Below, piece by piece: positions 38,188-49,729 of a stretch of 64,000 bases of DNA. Position numbers and translations under genes: made by a program. Numbering within the stretch: the first letter of the stretch is position 1; each line of letters starts with the position of its first letter. The notes beneath the pieces were generated by a model. That model did not search any database. It saw only the letters and a list, made by a program, of their open reading frames with translations, and was not told the DNA's origin. Where the stretch lies: NCBI GenBank assembly GCA_030390025.1, contig CM059432.1:89158001-89222000 (forward strand), read 5' to 3'. The DNA comes from Squalus acanthias (Eukaryota).

Positions 38188-39942
38188 GGCTGCGATTTCC
38201 CCAATCTCAGTGGGTCCGTGGTGGGCGACGTCGGTGGCGGGTCCTGACCCCGCTGCTGGCTTCAGCCCACTGTGTAGAATGATTTTACGTTGATTGGGCT
38301 TGTTAAGCCAGCCCAGCGCATTTGTTGGCCGATTGAATGAAGCGGGTCTGATGATGTCTTTTGATGAGGCGTCATCAGCTGGTTTCCTTAAAGGGACCAT
38401 GGCCAAATTTATTTTGACATTTGTGCTGTCTGTGTTCTACAGCATTGAGGTGCTGCAAACACTGACAAGCACTGCACAGAGGTGCATGGCTGCACCCAGG
38501 CTCTCCAATGACTCCCTCCATATGCTTATGGAGGGAGTCACAGCATGCAGTGAGGTTCTCTTCCCTTCCAATGGGCGGAAGACACCTCCCCAGGAGACCA
38601 TGCAGCCTGGTTGCACATTGCACAGGAGGACATAAGCAGGGATGTCTTCAGGAGGACCAGGCTGCAGTGGCGCAAACCTTTCAATGATCTCAGTAGATCA
38701 CGAAATGTTACTGCAAAGCCACACTCAACCTCATCCTGCTGTGCCACTCATCGCATCCCCATCACTCTGCCTTCCTCATCCTACTCCTGTACATCCTTAC
38801 TCACACCAACTTACCTTGCACCTCCACCCATCCCTCTCTATTTATATTATCACTTCCCCATCTCACTAGCCACCTCTCATACTCACCCTCATCCTAGTCC
38901 AATCATACCAACTAACAACAAACAAGGGTAGGCACTTGTGTGTTTTAGCCAATGTTCGTGTAAAGTTTCTGTTAATGTGCTGTCAAACATTGGAACCTTT
39001 ATTTTCAACACTTTGTGTTCTTGGACAGATCTGTGTGCACCTTTGGAAGTGGCTTAGTGAGTTGCAGTGAATGGTGAGACATAACGGTACCTCTTGCAAT
39101 GGTGATGAGTGTGAAAGGAATGGCTTGGGCATTGTAGGGCTGCTTTACGGTGTTGGTGTGGGGTGGTGCCAACCTGGCGCATCATGTGGCAGCCAGGGTT
39201 TACAGCGTCAAGTGAAGAAAGTCTGGCCATGGTGATATAATTGCTGGCTTCCCGGATAGCAATGTTGTCAGGGGATGATGCCCTGTGTCCAGTGCAGCAT
39301 CAGGTGATGGCGGAGAAGGTTGGTGATGTTGGTGTTGGGGCTGATCGTGGAAGGATTTGGAGGACTAAGGTCTGATTGTTTCAATGGCACCGATGTTGCT
39401 GCAATAGATGGCAGCTGCAGGTGAGATGACAGAAGCGATCTGTCAATGGTGAGAGAGGTTCTCCCAATGAGGTGACACTGGACATACAGTTGGATCTAAA
39501 AACTTGTAAGCTAAAGAAATCTCTATGTATTAAAAATGCAGTAACCAACATTTTCTGCACTCTGAAACTGACCATCTGCAACATGGCATCCTTGACACCA
39601 CTTCTGCAGCTGTCAGCTTTTCACAAACATCAGAGCAGACTCAAAACATGGCAGCTTGAGCTGGCGTGTTCCCCGAACAGCAGGTAACCCATGGGGGAGA
39701 ATTTAAAATTAGAAGGAAGCCTCAAAATACTATTAAATTGGCTCTTAACAAGCCATTTAATGAGCTCAATTGTATCTCCTGCTGCTTGGTGTCGGGTCAG
39801 TTCTCCGCTGATAGACCCGACGCCTGGGAGACTCGCATGGAGGCGGGTTGACAGCGGGTTTCCTACCCGCTGTCAATCTTTGCTATTTTGACAGCGGACC
39901 CGCCTCCAAAGCCGCCCTCTGAGCGCTATTAAATTCACAGCC
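38188..39942 (+). mobile_element. Internally deleted PIF/Harbinger element carrying a Myb/SANT-like exon
   Basis: Imperfect TIRs GGCTGCGATTT (38,188) and AAATTCACAGCC (39,931-39,942). Myb-like pieces AAPRLSNDSLHMLMEGVTACSEVLFP and RRTRLQWRKPFNDLSRS lie at 38,485-38,700. The reverse complement of the right end resembles the left ends at 56,277 and 59,466. Confidence 0.8.
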
Positions 39943-39944
39943 TT

Positions 39945-41390
39945 TACATCTATCCATCCAATATGACACCAAAAAATCAGCTAATCCCCCTTATGCATTC
40001 TCTTAGTGACTGTCTTGTGTGTGCCTTTACCTATCCTACTGATGTCACACAGAGCTACCCCGGTGGCTGCAGCATGGCTGGTGGAAGGCTGCTGACTTTC
40101 AGTGGGGGACACTGCAGATCGCTTTGCTGGTCAACCTTGAGGAGCTGGTGGCTGGGAGTGTGAAATTGAGTGATGATGTTTCTTCTTCGTCTTCTTTCTT
40201 CTTCTTCTTCTTCTTCTTCTTCTTCTTCTTCTTCTTCTTCTTCTTCTTCGGCTTCTTCTTCATCTTCATCTTCATCTTCATCTTTTTCTTTTTCTTTTTC
40301 TTTTTCTTCTTCTTCTTCACTCTCCTCTCCCTCTTCTTGGTCACCCACTGGTTGGGCAGGCTGCATTTCTTGGGTGTGTGAAATGAGGAAGGCACAAGGG
40401 TGGAGTTGTGGTGAGGGGAGGGCGGGAAAGCAAGAGGTGCAAGCCAGAAGGAGGATAACATATGAGGATACCAGCATCTCGTATCCTTTCAGCCCCACTG
40501 CTGGCCAAGGGCCCAGCCATGCGCCCGCCAAGAATGGCCAGCACTGTCTCCTCCAAGGGGATAAGATGAAACTAGGACTGGGAGGTGTGCCGTGTGTTTG
40601 GTGCAGATTGTTGGTAGGTGAGTGATTGGTGCAGGGGGCAGGGGGGGTTGTTGGTGGTGGGACATGCAATGAGCAGTGTGCGAGGCTAGTGGTGCAGTTG
40701 GTAGGAGATGGCTTTTGAAGATGCATTCACTGACCTTGACCAGTGGTCTGAGGTCATGAAGCTTCTTTTGGCACTGGAGCCAGGTCGTGAGGGGCAACAC
40801 TGCTGGCAGTGATCTGATCCACATCGTTCTTTCTGGAGACCTCCTGGCCCCTGTGGGTAGACGAGCTCTCTTGCAGAAAGCTGGAGTGCTGCGTGCAAGA
40901 CCATGGGTGCCCTTCCCTGAATTGCTGAGCCATTTATGGTAGTGCTGAAGAAGTTTTCCCATTTTTTAGGTGCGGAAGGCAATTCAGCTTTAAGAGCTGA
41001 AGACTGCTATTTGGGAATGAAAAAAGAAAAACATTTTCAGAAGGCAGTTGAGCTCTAAGGGCTAAAAACTGCCGATTTTAAATTATTTTTATTTTTTTCA
41101 TTTTAGAATGCAGTTCCCCTTTAAGGGAACGCACTGCTTTCTAAAATGACAGCCTTGTTTTAAGAGAAGGCTGTTCTCGCTTCAGGGGTGCTATGTCTAT
41201 GCTACATTGGGCCTCCTACTGAGACTACCACCTGAAAACCGGCCTTTCACAGTAAGTTTAGCGCTGCGCTAGTGTTAATTAGGAAGCAGCACCAATATGC
41301 CAGTGCTGCCAGCGATATTAATTTTGGATGCCGTTAACTGCGGCCTGCGGTGCTACCGGCAGGTTTCCAGCGCTCTGTAATTTCTAGGCC
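39945..41390 (-). mobile_element. Truncated PIF/Harbinger element with spliced Myb/SANT-like gene remnant
   Basis: TIR-like end AATTTCTAGGCC at 41,379-41,390. The minus strand reads TTWLQCQKKLHDLRPLVK followed by a GTCAGT donor, then EETVLAILGG...RIRDA with a GTATCC donor, then an acidic exon QEMQPAQPVGDQEEGEESEEEE. A homologous copy lies at 63,516-64,000. Confidence 0.75.
40179..40318. repeat. Compound (CTT)n/(CATCTT)n/(CTTTTT)n microsatellite inside the Harbinger acidic exon
   Basis: Direct reading of the sequence. It encodes poly-E/ED/EK on the minus strand. Confidence 0.95.
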
Positions 41391-41749
41391 AAAGTCTCAT
41401 TCCTTTTTGATTTGCTTACTTTCATCAAATGCTTTCTTCAGCATTTAAATTGACACTGAAACTTTATTATCTTAACCATAGCAACCGCAGGAAGCTGTAT
41501 TTAAAGGCACAGTTGGCTAACTGAAAATTCTGAAGCGGCAGACAATATGCTTTGTAATTCATTCTCATTCATTTATTCTTTTTCCCATACTAGCAATATT
41601 TTCTGAAATAATTTTAGACCTTTGAGTTTCTGAATTTTTTTTAAATTAGAAAATCTGATGCATGCTTTTATGGTCTCGTGTCAAATTAATTGAAGTGAGT
41701 AAATGCTTTCAAGAAAATGTTGATCAACAATTCATTATCGACATTAATT

Positions 41750-42356
41750 TATTTTTTATTCATTCACGCTATATGGATGTCGCTGGCATGGCCAACATTT
41801 ATTGCCCATCCCTAATTGCCCTTGAGAAGGTGGTGGTGAGCCACCTTCTTGAACCGCTGCAGTCCATGTGGTGAAGGTACTCCCACACTGCTGTTAGGGA
41901 GGGAGTTCCAGGATTTTGACCCAGCGACAATGAAGGAATGGTAATATATTTCCAAGTCAGGATGGTGTGTAAATTGGAGGGGAACTTGGAGGTGGTGGTG
42001 TTCTCATGCGTCTGCTGCCCTTGTCCTTCTAGGTGGTCAATGTCATGGGTTTGGGAGCTGCTGTTGAAGAAGCCTTGGCGAGTTGCTGCAGTGCATCTTG
42101 TAGATGGTACACACTGCAGCCACGGTGTGCTGGTGGTGGAGGGAGTGAATGTTTAGGGTGGCGGATGGGGTGCCAATCAAGCGGGCTGCTTTGTCTTGGA
42201 TGGTGTCAAGCTCCTTGAGTGTTGTTGGAGCTGCACTCATCCAGGCAAGTAGAGAGTATTCCATCACACTCCTGACTTGTGCCTTGTAGATACTGGAAAG
42301 GCTTTGGGGAGTCAGGAGGTGAGACACTCACCGCAGAATACCCAGCCTCTGACCTG
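41750..42356 (-). mobile_element. 3' end of a CR1-group (Zenon/Crack-like; clade uncertain) LINE, family B
   Basis: Minus ORF YKAQVRSVMEYSLLAWMSAAPTTLKELDTIQDKAARLI is a post-RT C-terminus. The 3' UTR ends in an A-rich tail, and the same 3' end recurs at 47,036. Confidence 0.8.
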
Positions 42357-43140
42357 GAAGAATAGGGAGGTCACCTATTACTTGGAGGGTGCGAGTCTAG
42401 GTGAGGTAGAGGAACAAAGGGATCTCAAAGTACAAATACACAAATCACTAAAAGTTGCGACACAGGTTAGCAAGGCCATAAGAAAAGCAAACCAAGCACT
42501 TGGGTTTATTTCTAGAGGTATAGAATTGAAAAGTAGGGAAGTTATGCTAATTCTGTATTGAACCTTGGTTAGACCACACTTGGAGTACTGCGCAAAGTTC
42601 TGGTCACCATATTATAAAAAGGATATAGAGGCACTGGAGAGGGGCAGAGAAGATTTACAAGGATGATACCAGAAATGCAAGGGTATACATATCAGGAAAG
42701 GATGAAAAGGCTGGGTCTCTTTTCTCTTGAAAAAAGAAGGCTGAGGGGTGACCTAATAGAGGTCTTTAAAATTATGAAAGGTTTTGATAGAGTGGATACA
42801 GAGAGAATGTTTCCACTTGTGGGGAAGAGCATAACTAGAGGCAATCAATATAAGATAGTCAGCAAGAAATCGAATAGGGAATTCAGAAGAAACTTCTTTA
42901 CCCAAAGAATGGTGAGAATGTGGAACTCGCTACCACAGGGAGTGGTTGACGCGAATCGTATAGATGCATTTAAGGGGAGGCTAGACAAGCATTTGAGGGA
43001 GAAGGGAATAGAGAGTTATGCTGGTAGATTTAGATGAGGAAAGACGGGAGGAGGCTCGAGTGGAGCATAAACGCCAGCACGGACTGGTTGGGCCGAATGG
43101 CCTGTTTCTGTGCCGTATATCCTATGTAATCCTATGTAAT
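42357..43140 (+). mobile_element. CR1 LINE, 5'-truncated, ORF2 C-terminus + 3' UTR
   Basis: [47 protein letters not shown] and FRRNFFTQRMVRMWNSLP. The 3' UTR has GGGCCGAATGGCC and an (ATCCTATGTA)x2 tail. Confidence 0.95.
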
Positions 43141-43289
43141 GAGCAATCTTTTCACACTACTGCTGCTCTACTCATAGTCTCAAATGTATAGATGTGAAAG
43201 CCTCATTGACACCTTGGATTCAATCTAGTATTTGTAATCACCCTATTAAGGGATCCTCACTCTGACTTGCATTTGTAGTCCTGCTGAAT

Positions 43290-43420
43290 TGCAAGCAAAG
43301 AGCATTCACACTTGCATAGAATCCCACCAGAGCAGTGCCACCAGGGGAGGACTCCCAATCCTTTGAGCCTCTCAAACACTTTGAAGAAGCAACCTTAGAG
43401 CTGCGGTGAGGTAAATTGAG
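43290..43420 (+). pseudogene. Possible remnant of a Harbinger Myb-like gene second exon
   Basis: HQSSATRGGLPI then (frameshift) FEPLKHFEEATLEL, resembling the TGGG..PLT.FEE pattern of the other Myb-like remnants here. Short and degenerate. Confidence 0.35.
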
Positions 43421-43935
43421 CAACCCATGTGTTAAGAAGATTGGAGAGGTGGCATGTGATAGTTGCAGGCTCGTCAAGTACAGTCTTTCGGCATATAATA
43501 TTGTCAACTCACAAACTTGCAACGAGTTCAGAAACTGCTTTTTCCATTTAGCGATTCAATCACTTTTTCTTTATTTCCTCATAAGGGAACCCCAACAACA
43601 TTCTCAGGAGCAGTTGCCTTAGGATCTAGGGCCCTCATCCTTCCTCGCCTCATGCCCACGTCACCGACCCTGTCATTGCTTTCCTCTTACACAAGCATTG
43701 GTCCAGCGACACCTGCCCATGAGAGATGAATTTGTGTTTGTGAGGTGAAGCATCAAGCAAGTACAACAAGGAGGAGCACAAAGCTGTTGCTGAGTAGCCA
43801 GCCATTCCTATCAAGGGACAGAAGACACATAGCCTTGGCTGAAGAGCCATGGAATCTGAATGTCAGAGGTGCTGCCTTTGAAAGAAAGGTGCTTGCATAG
43901 CATCTAACTCATGCCAAGATAGTATAGGAGACATC

Positions 43936-45010
43936 TAGAATCACAGAATCATAGACTACATCAAACTCACTACCCTCATCGACCCTCCTTGTTACCTCCT
44001 CAAAAAATTTAAGCAAGTTAGTCAGACACGACCTTCCCTTAACAAATCATGCTGACTGTCCTTGATTAATCCGTGCCTTTCTAAATGATGATTAATACTG
44101 TCCCTCAGAAATTTTACCAATAATTTACCCACCACCAAAATTAGGCTGACTGGCCTGTAATTACTCGGTCTATTGCTTTCTCCCTTTTTAAACAATGGTA
44201 CAACGTTACCAGTCCTCCAGTCCTCCAGCACCACACCTGTAGCCAGAGAAGATTGGAAAATGATGGTCAGAGCCTTCGCTATTTCCTCTTTTGCTTCTCT
44301 TAACAGCCTGGGATACATTTCATCTGGGCCTGCCAATTTATCTACTTTCAAAGATGCTTAACCCCTTAATATTTCATCTCTCATTATGTTAACCTCATCT
44401 AATATTTCACACTCCTCCTCCTTAACTACAATGTCTACATCGTCCCTCTCTTTTGTGAAGTCAGACGCAAAGTATTCATTAAGAACCATACGCCCATCTT
44501 CTGCCTCAACACACTGGTTACCTTTTTGGTCTCTAATAGGCCCCACTCTTTCTTTAGTTATCCTCTTGTTCTTTATGTATTTATAAAACATCTTTGGGTT
44601 ATCCTTGACTTTACTTGACAATATTTTTTCATGCCGTCTTTTTACTTTCCTAATTTCCTTTTTAATTTCATCCCTGCGCTTTCTATACTCCTCTAGGCTT
44701 TCTGCAGTATTTAACTCTCAGTATCGGACATAAGCTTCCCTTTTTTGCCTTATCCTACCCTGTACGCCCCTTGACATCCAGGGGGTTCTAGATTTGGGAG
44801 TCCCACCCTTTTTCTTTGTGGGAACATATTTGCTCTGAACCCTCACTATCTCCTCCTTGAATGCCTCCCACTGCTCTGACACTGATTTACCTTCAACTAG
44901 CTGTTTCCAGTCCAGTTTTGCTAAATCACACCTCAGCTTAGTAAAGTTGGCCTTTCCCCGGTTGAGAACTTTTACTCCTGGTCTATCTTTGTCCTTTTCC
45001 ATAATTACGC
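43936..45010 (-). mobile_element. CR1 LINE ORF2 linker/RT N-terminal fragment joined directly to a CR1 3' tail
   Basis: Minus ORFs include KANFTKLRCDL..WEAFKEEI, KDNPKMFYKYIK and GPDEMYPRLLRE...DWRTGNVVPLFKKG...NYRPVSL. It ends at DVVY fused to TCTATGATTCTGTGATTCTA. Confidence 0.92.
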
Positions 45011-45032
45011 TTTAGTTTGACCACATTTTCCA

Positions 45033-46562
45033 AATAGAAAAATAGAAAAATAGGAGCAGAAGTAGGCATTCGGCCCTTCGAGCCTGCTCCGCCATTCAAT
45101 ATGATCATGGCTAATTCTCTATCTCAATACCATATTCCCGCTCTCTCCCCATACCCCTTGATGCCTTTTGTGTCTAGAAATCTATCTATCTCCTTCTTAA
45201 ATATATTCAGTGACTTGGCCTCCACAGCCTTCCGTGGTAGAGAATTCCACAGGTTCACCACCCTCTGAGTGAAGAAATTTCTCCTCATCTCAGTCCTAAA
45301 TGTCCTACCCCGTATCCTGAGACTGTGACCCCTTGTTCTAGACCCCCCAGCCAGGAGAAACATCCTCCCTGCATCCAGTCTGTCTAGCCCTGTCAGAATT
45401 TTATACGTTTCAATGAGATCCCCTCTCATACTTCTAAACTCTAGTGAATACAGGCCTAGTCGACCCAATCTCTCCTCATACGACAGTCCTGCCATCCCAA
45501 CAATCAGTCTGGTGAACCTTCACTGCACTCCCTCTATGGCAAGAATATCCTTTCTTAGGTAAGGAGACCAAAACTGCACAGAGTACTCCAGGTGTGGTCT
45601 CACCAAGGCCCTGTCCAACTGTAAGACATCCTTGCTCCTGCACTCAAATCCTCTTGCAGTGAAGGCCAACATACCATTTGCCTTCCTAACTGCTTGCTGC
45701 ACCTGCATGTTTGTTTTCAGTGACTGGTGTACAAGGACACCCAGGTCCCTTTGTACATCAGTGTTTCCCAATCTCGCACCATTTAAATAATGCTATACTT
45801 TTCTGTTTTTACTACCGAAGTGGTTAACTTCACATTTATCCATGTTATACTGCATCTGCCATGTATTTGCCCACTCACTCAACTTGTCTAAATCGCATTG
45901 AAGCCTCTGCATCCTCCTCACAACTCATAATCCCACCTAGTTTTGTGTCGTCAGCAAACTTGGAAATATTACATTTGGTTCCCTCATCCAAATCATTGAT
46001 ATATATTGTGAATAGCTAGGGCCCAAGCACTGATCCCTGCGGTACCCCACTAGTCACCGCCTGCCACCCCGAAAAAGACCCATTTATTCCTACTCTCTGT
46101 TTCCTGTCTGTTAACCAATTTTCAATCCATGCCAGTATATTACCTCCAATCCCATGTGCTTTAATTTTGCACACTAACCTCTTATGTGGGACATTATCAA
46201 AGGCCTTCTGAAAATCCAAATACACCACATCCACTGGTTCTCCCTTATCTATTGTACCAGTTACATCCTCAAAAAACTCCAATAGGTTTGTCAAACACGA
46301 TTTCCCTTTCATAAATCCATGTTGACTTTGTCTAATCCTGTTGATATTTTCTAAGTGTCCTGTTATCACATCCTTTATAATAGACTCTAGCATTTTCCCT
46401 GCTACTGATGTTAGGCTAACCGATCTGTAGTTCCCGGTTTGCTCTCTCCCTCCTTTTTTAAATAGTGGGGTTACATTTGCCACTCTCCAATCTGCAGGAA
46501 CTGTTCCATAATCTATAGAATTTTGGAAGATGACAACCAAAATTTTGGAAGATGACAACCAA
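45033..46562 (-). mobile_element. CR1 LINE, 5'-truncated, most of RT domain + C-terminus + 3' UTR, degenerate
   Basis: [68 protein letters not shown] and RGDLIETYKIL, ending in a (TTTTCTAT)n-type tail. Frameshifts split the ORF. Confidence 0.96.
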
Positions 46563-47035
46563 CTGGGTCGCACTGGGGCAAGCAGCAGGCACAACTATTT
46601 CAAGGTCTCCTCTTGGAATTCGAGCCTTATGATACATTGGTTCCTTGACATATTAAGATAAGAATACCTAAGTTACCATGCAGGGTGCAGTGGATGCTTG
46701 CATATTACTGCCAACCAGCAACTGTGGTGCCTTATCAGTCTCACATCAATTCTTTCTTCTGATCCTCATCACCCTTCTCCTCAAAACAAAGGTAAAGAGG
46801 GATTCCTAAGGAAAGGGGCATCATTGGGATGAGGCACAGGCTGCTTGTTTTCCGAAAATGCTAAAATTCCAGTTTCAAATCCCCTCAGCAGATATCCAGC
46901 TCTTCCATAAGTTCATGTCCAGAAAGTTCACTCAATAGATGTGCACAGTAAAATAATCTTTGACAGAAAAACAACATAAGATGGTTACCGTCCAGCTCTT
47001 CCTGATACTATTACCTAGTAATCTGCAATACAATC

Positions 47036-47478
47036 TTTTTTTTTTTTTATTATTAATTCTTGGGATGTGTGTGTCACTGGCAAGGCCAGCATTTATTGCA
47101 AATCCCAAGTTGCCCTGAGAAAGTGGTGGATGTTCTTGAACTGCTGCAGTCCGTGTGGTGAAGTTGCTTTGAGAATGCTGTTAGATAGTGAGTTCCAGGA
47201 CTTTGACCCAGCGACAATGAAGGAACGACGATATATGTATAAGTCAGGATGGTGTATGACTTGGTGGGGAACTTGAAGATGATGGTGTTCCTGTGCACTT
47301 GCTGCCATTGTCCTTCTAGGTGGTGGAGGTCACGGATTCGGAAAGTGCTGCTAAAGAAGCCTTGGTGAGTTGCTACCATGGATCCTGTAGTTAGTACACA
47401 CTGCAGCCATGGTATGCCAGTAGTAGAGGGGGCAGATACTTACGCTAGTGGATGAGATGGAGATCAAGCGGACTGCTT
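47036..47478 (-). mobile_element. 3' end of family-B LINE (second copy)
   Basis: Clear similarity to 41,750-42,190 (e.g. ccaggactttgacccagcgacaatgaaggaa). The T-run at 47,036-47,048 is a poly(A) tail on the minus strand. Confidence 0.85.
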
Positions 47479-47922
47479 CATCTGCCCCTTGCCTTAGCTC
47501 ATCTGCTGCTGAAACCCTCATCCATGCCTTTGTTACCTCTAGACTTGACTATTCCAATGCTCTCCTGGCCAGCCTTTCACATTCCACCCTCCGTAAACTT
47601 GAGCTCATCCAAAACTCTGCTGCCTGTATCCTAACTCGCACCAAGTCCCATTCATCCATCACTCCTGTGCGCAGTGACCTACATTGGCTCCGGGTTCGGC
47701 AACGCCTCAATTTTAAAATTTTCATCCTTGTTTTCAAATCCTTCCATGGGCTCAGCCCTCCCTATCTCTGTAAACTCCTCCAGTCCCTCCAATTCTGATC
47801 TCTTGCGCATCCCCAATTTTCTTCGTTCCACCATTGGCGACCATGCCTTCAGCTGATTACGGCCTAAGCTCTGGAATGTCCTCTGTAAACCTATCCACCT
47901 CTCTACCTCGCTCTCCTCCTTC
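47479..47922 (+). mobile_element. L2 LINE ORF2 C-terminal fragment
   Basis: AETLIHAFVTSRLDYSNALL, LELIQNSAACILTRT, ITPVRSDLHWL and FKSFHGLSPPYL are L2 signatures. Confidence 0.93.
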
Positions 47923-47934
47923 TACAAAAGGATT

Positions 47935-48410
47935 TGAGTATATAGAGCCTTGTTGAGACCACACCTGGAGTATTGTGTACAGTTTTGGTCTCCTTACCTA
48001 AGGAAGGATATACTTGCCATAGAGGGAGTGCAACAAACTTTCACCAGACTGGTTCCTGGGATGGGGGATTGTCCTATGAGGAGAGATTGAGTAGACTCGG
48101 CCTATATTCTCTGGAGTTTAGAAGCATGAGAGGTGATCTCATTGAAACATACAAAATTCTTTCAGGGCTTGACAGGGTAGATGCAGGGAGGATGTTTCCC
48201 CTGGCTGGGGAGTCTAGAACCAGGGGTCACAGTCTCAGAATAAGGGGTTGGCCATTTAGGACTGAGATGAGGAGAAATTTCTTCAACCAGAGGGTGGTGA
48301 ATCTTTGGAATTCTCTACCCCAGTGGGCTGTGGATGCTCAGTCGTTGAGTATATTCAAGACAGAGATCGATAGATTTTTGGATATTAAGGGATAGGGGGG
48401 ATAGTGCAGA
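47935..48410 (+). mobile_element. CR1 LINE ORF2 C-terminal fragment
   Basis: LSYEERLSRLGLYSLEFRSMRGDLIETYKIL...MRRNFFNQRVVNLWNSLP, very similar to the 45,124-45,495 copy. Confidence 0.93.
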
Positions 48411-48414
48411 TAGA

Positions 48415-48610
48415 AAGATTAACTGTAATCATCTGGCAGTGTTCTCTGACTATATATGCTGTGCCTATATGCATCTCTTCACTTCACCTGACGAAGGAGC
48501 AGCGCTCCGAAAGCTTGTGATTTCAAATAAAGCTGTTGGACTATAACCTGGTGTTGTGCGACTTCTCACATTTGTCTACCCCAGTCCAACACCGGCATCT
48601 CCATATCATG
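48415..48610 (+). mobile_element. Short terminal fragment, probably of a Penelope-like element, containing a hammerhead motif
   Basis: Hammerhead core at 48,484-48,520, AATAAA at 48,526, and inverted TGTTGGACT/AGTCCAACA segments. No ORF. The Penelope assignment rests on the known hammerhead-PLE association. Confidence 0.6.
48484..48520 (+). ncRNA. Minimal type I hammerhead ribozyme motif
   Basis: TCAC-CTGACGA-A-GGAGC-AGC-GCTCC-GAAA-GC-TT-GTGA: both core boxes, stem I TCAC/GTGA, stem II GGAGC/GCTCC, and palindromic stem III region AAGCTT. Confidence 0.8.
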
Positions 48611-48614
48611 GCTT

Positions 48615-49724
48615 ATATGGTTGGCCAGATGAGTTTCTGGTCAATGGTGACCCCCTGGATGTTGATGGCGGGGACTCGGCAATGGTAATGCTATTGAATG
48701 TCAAGGGGAGGTGGTTGGACTCTCTCTTGTTGGAGATGGTGATAGCCCAGCACTTGTATGGCATGAATGTTACTTGTCACTTAGCAGCCCAAGCCTGGAT
48801 GTTGTCCAGGTCTTGTTGCATGCAGGTATGGATTGCTTCATTACCTGAGGAATTACAAATGGAACTGAACACTGTGTAATTATCAGCAAACAGCCTCATT
48901 TATGACCTTATGATAGAGGGAAGATCATTGATGAAGTAGCTGAAGATGGTTGGGCCTAGGATACTGCCCTGAGGAACTCCTGCAGTGATGTCTTGGGGCT
49001 GAGATGATTGGCCTCCAACAACCACAATCATCTTCCTTTGTGCTAGGTATGACTCCAGCCACTGGATCTTTTCCCTCTGATCCCCATTGACTTCAGTTTT
49101 ACTCGGGTGCCTTGGTGCTACACTTCATCGAATGCTGCCTTGATGTCGAGGGCAGTCACTCTCACATCACCTCTGGAATTTGGTTCTTGTGTCCCTGCTG
49201 GGACCTAGATTGTATGAGGTCTGGAGGTGAGTTATCCTGGCGAAACCCAAAATGAGCATTAGTGAACAGGTTATTCATGAGTAAGTGCTACTTGATAGCA
49301 TTGTTGACAACTCCTTCCATCACTTTGCTGATGATTGCGAGTAGGTAATTGGTCGGGTTGGATTTGTCCTGCTTTTTGTAGACAGGACATACCTGGGCAG
49401 TTTTCCACATTGTTGGCTAGATTCCAGTGTTGCTGCTGTACTGGAACAGGTTTGGCTAAGGACATGGCTACTTCTGGAGTACACGTCTTCAGCACTATAG
49501 CCGAGATGTTGTCAGAGCCCATAACCTTTGCTGCATTGTGTGCACTCAGCCGTTTCTTGATGTCATGTGGAGTGAATTGAATTGGCTTAAGACCAGCATC
49601 TGTAATGGTCGGCACATCAGGAGGAGACCAAGAAGGATCATCCACTCAACACTTCTAGCTAAAGGTGGTTGCAAATGCTTCAGCCTTGTCTTTTATACTC
49701 ACATGCTGGACTCTACCATCATTC
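48615..49724 (-). mobile_element. Family-B LINE ORF2 RT region, degenerate
   Basis: Minus strand reads IQFTPHDIKKRL..KVMGSDNISAIVLKTC, ALDIKAAFD-like, GVPQGSILGPTIF-like and LTIDQKL-like segments, with many frameshifts. Confidence 0.8.
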
Positions 49725-49729
49725 AGATG

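Noticed and set aside
38348..38380. CTGATGA-containing palindrome as a hammerhead
   Set aside because: No GAAA box or three-way junction. It is a simple inverted repeat in the Harbinger arm.
40055..40625. Poly-F, poly-S and poly-K ORFs
   Set aside because: These are alternative readings of the CTT microsatellite.
41471..41486. RFX X-box-like CCATAGCAAC in AT-rich non-repeat DNA
   Set aside because: Only one good half-site and no supporting promoter context.
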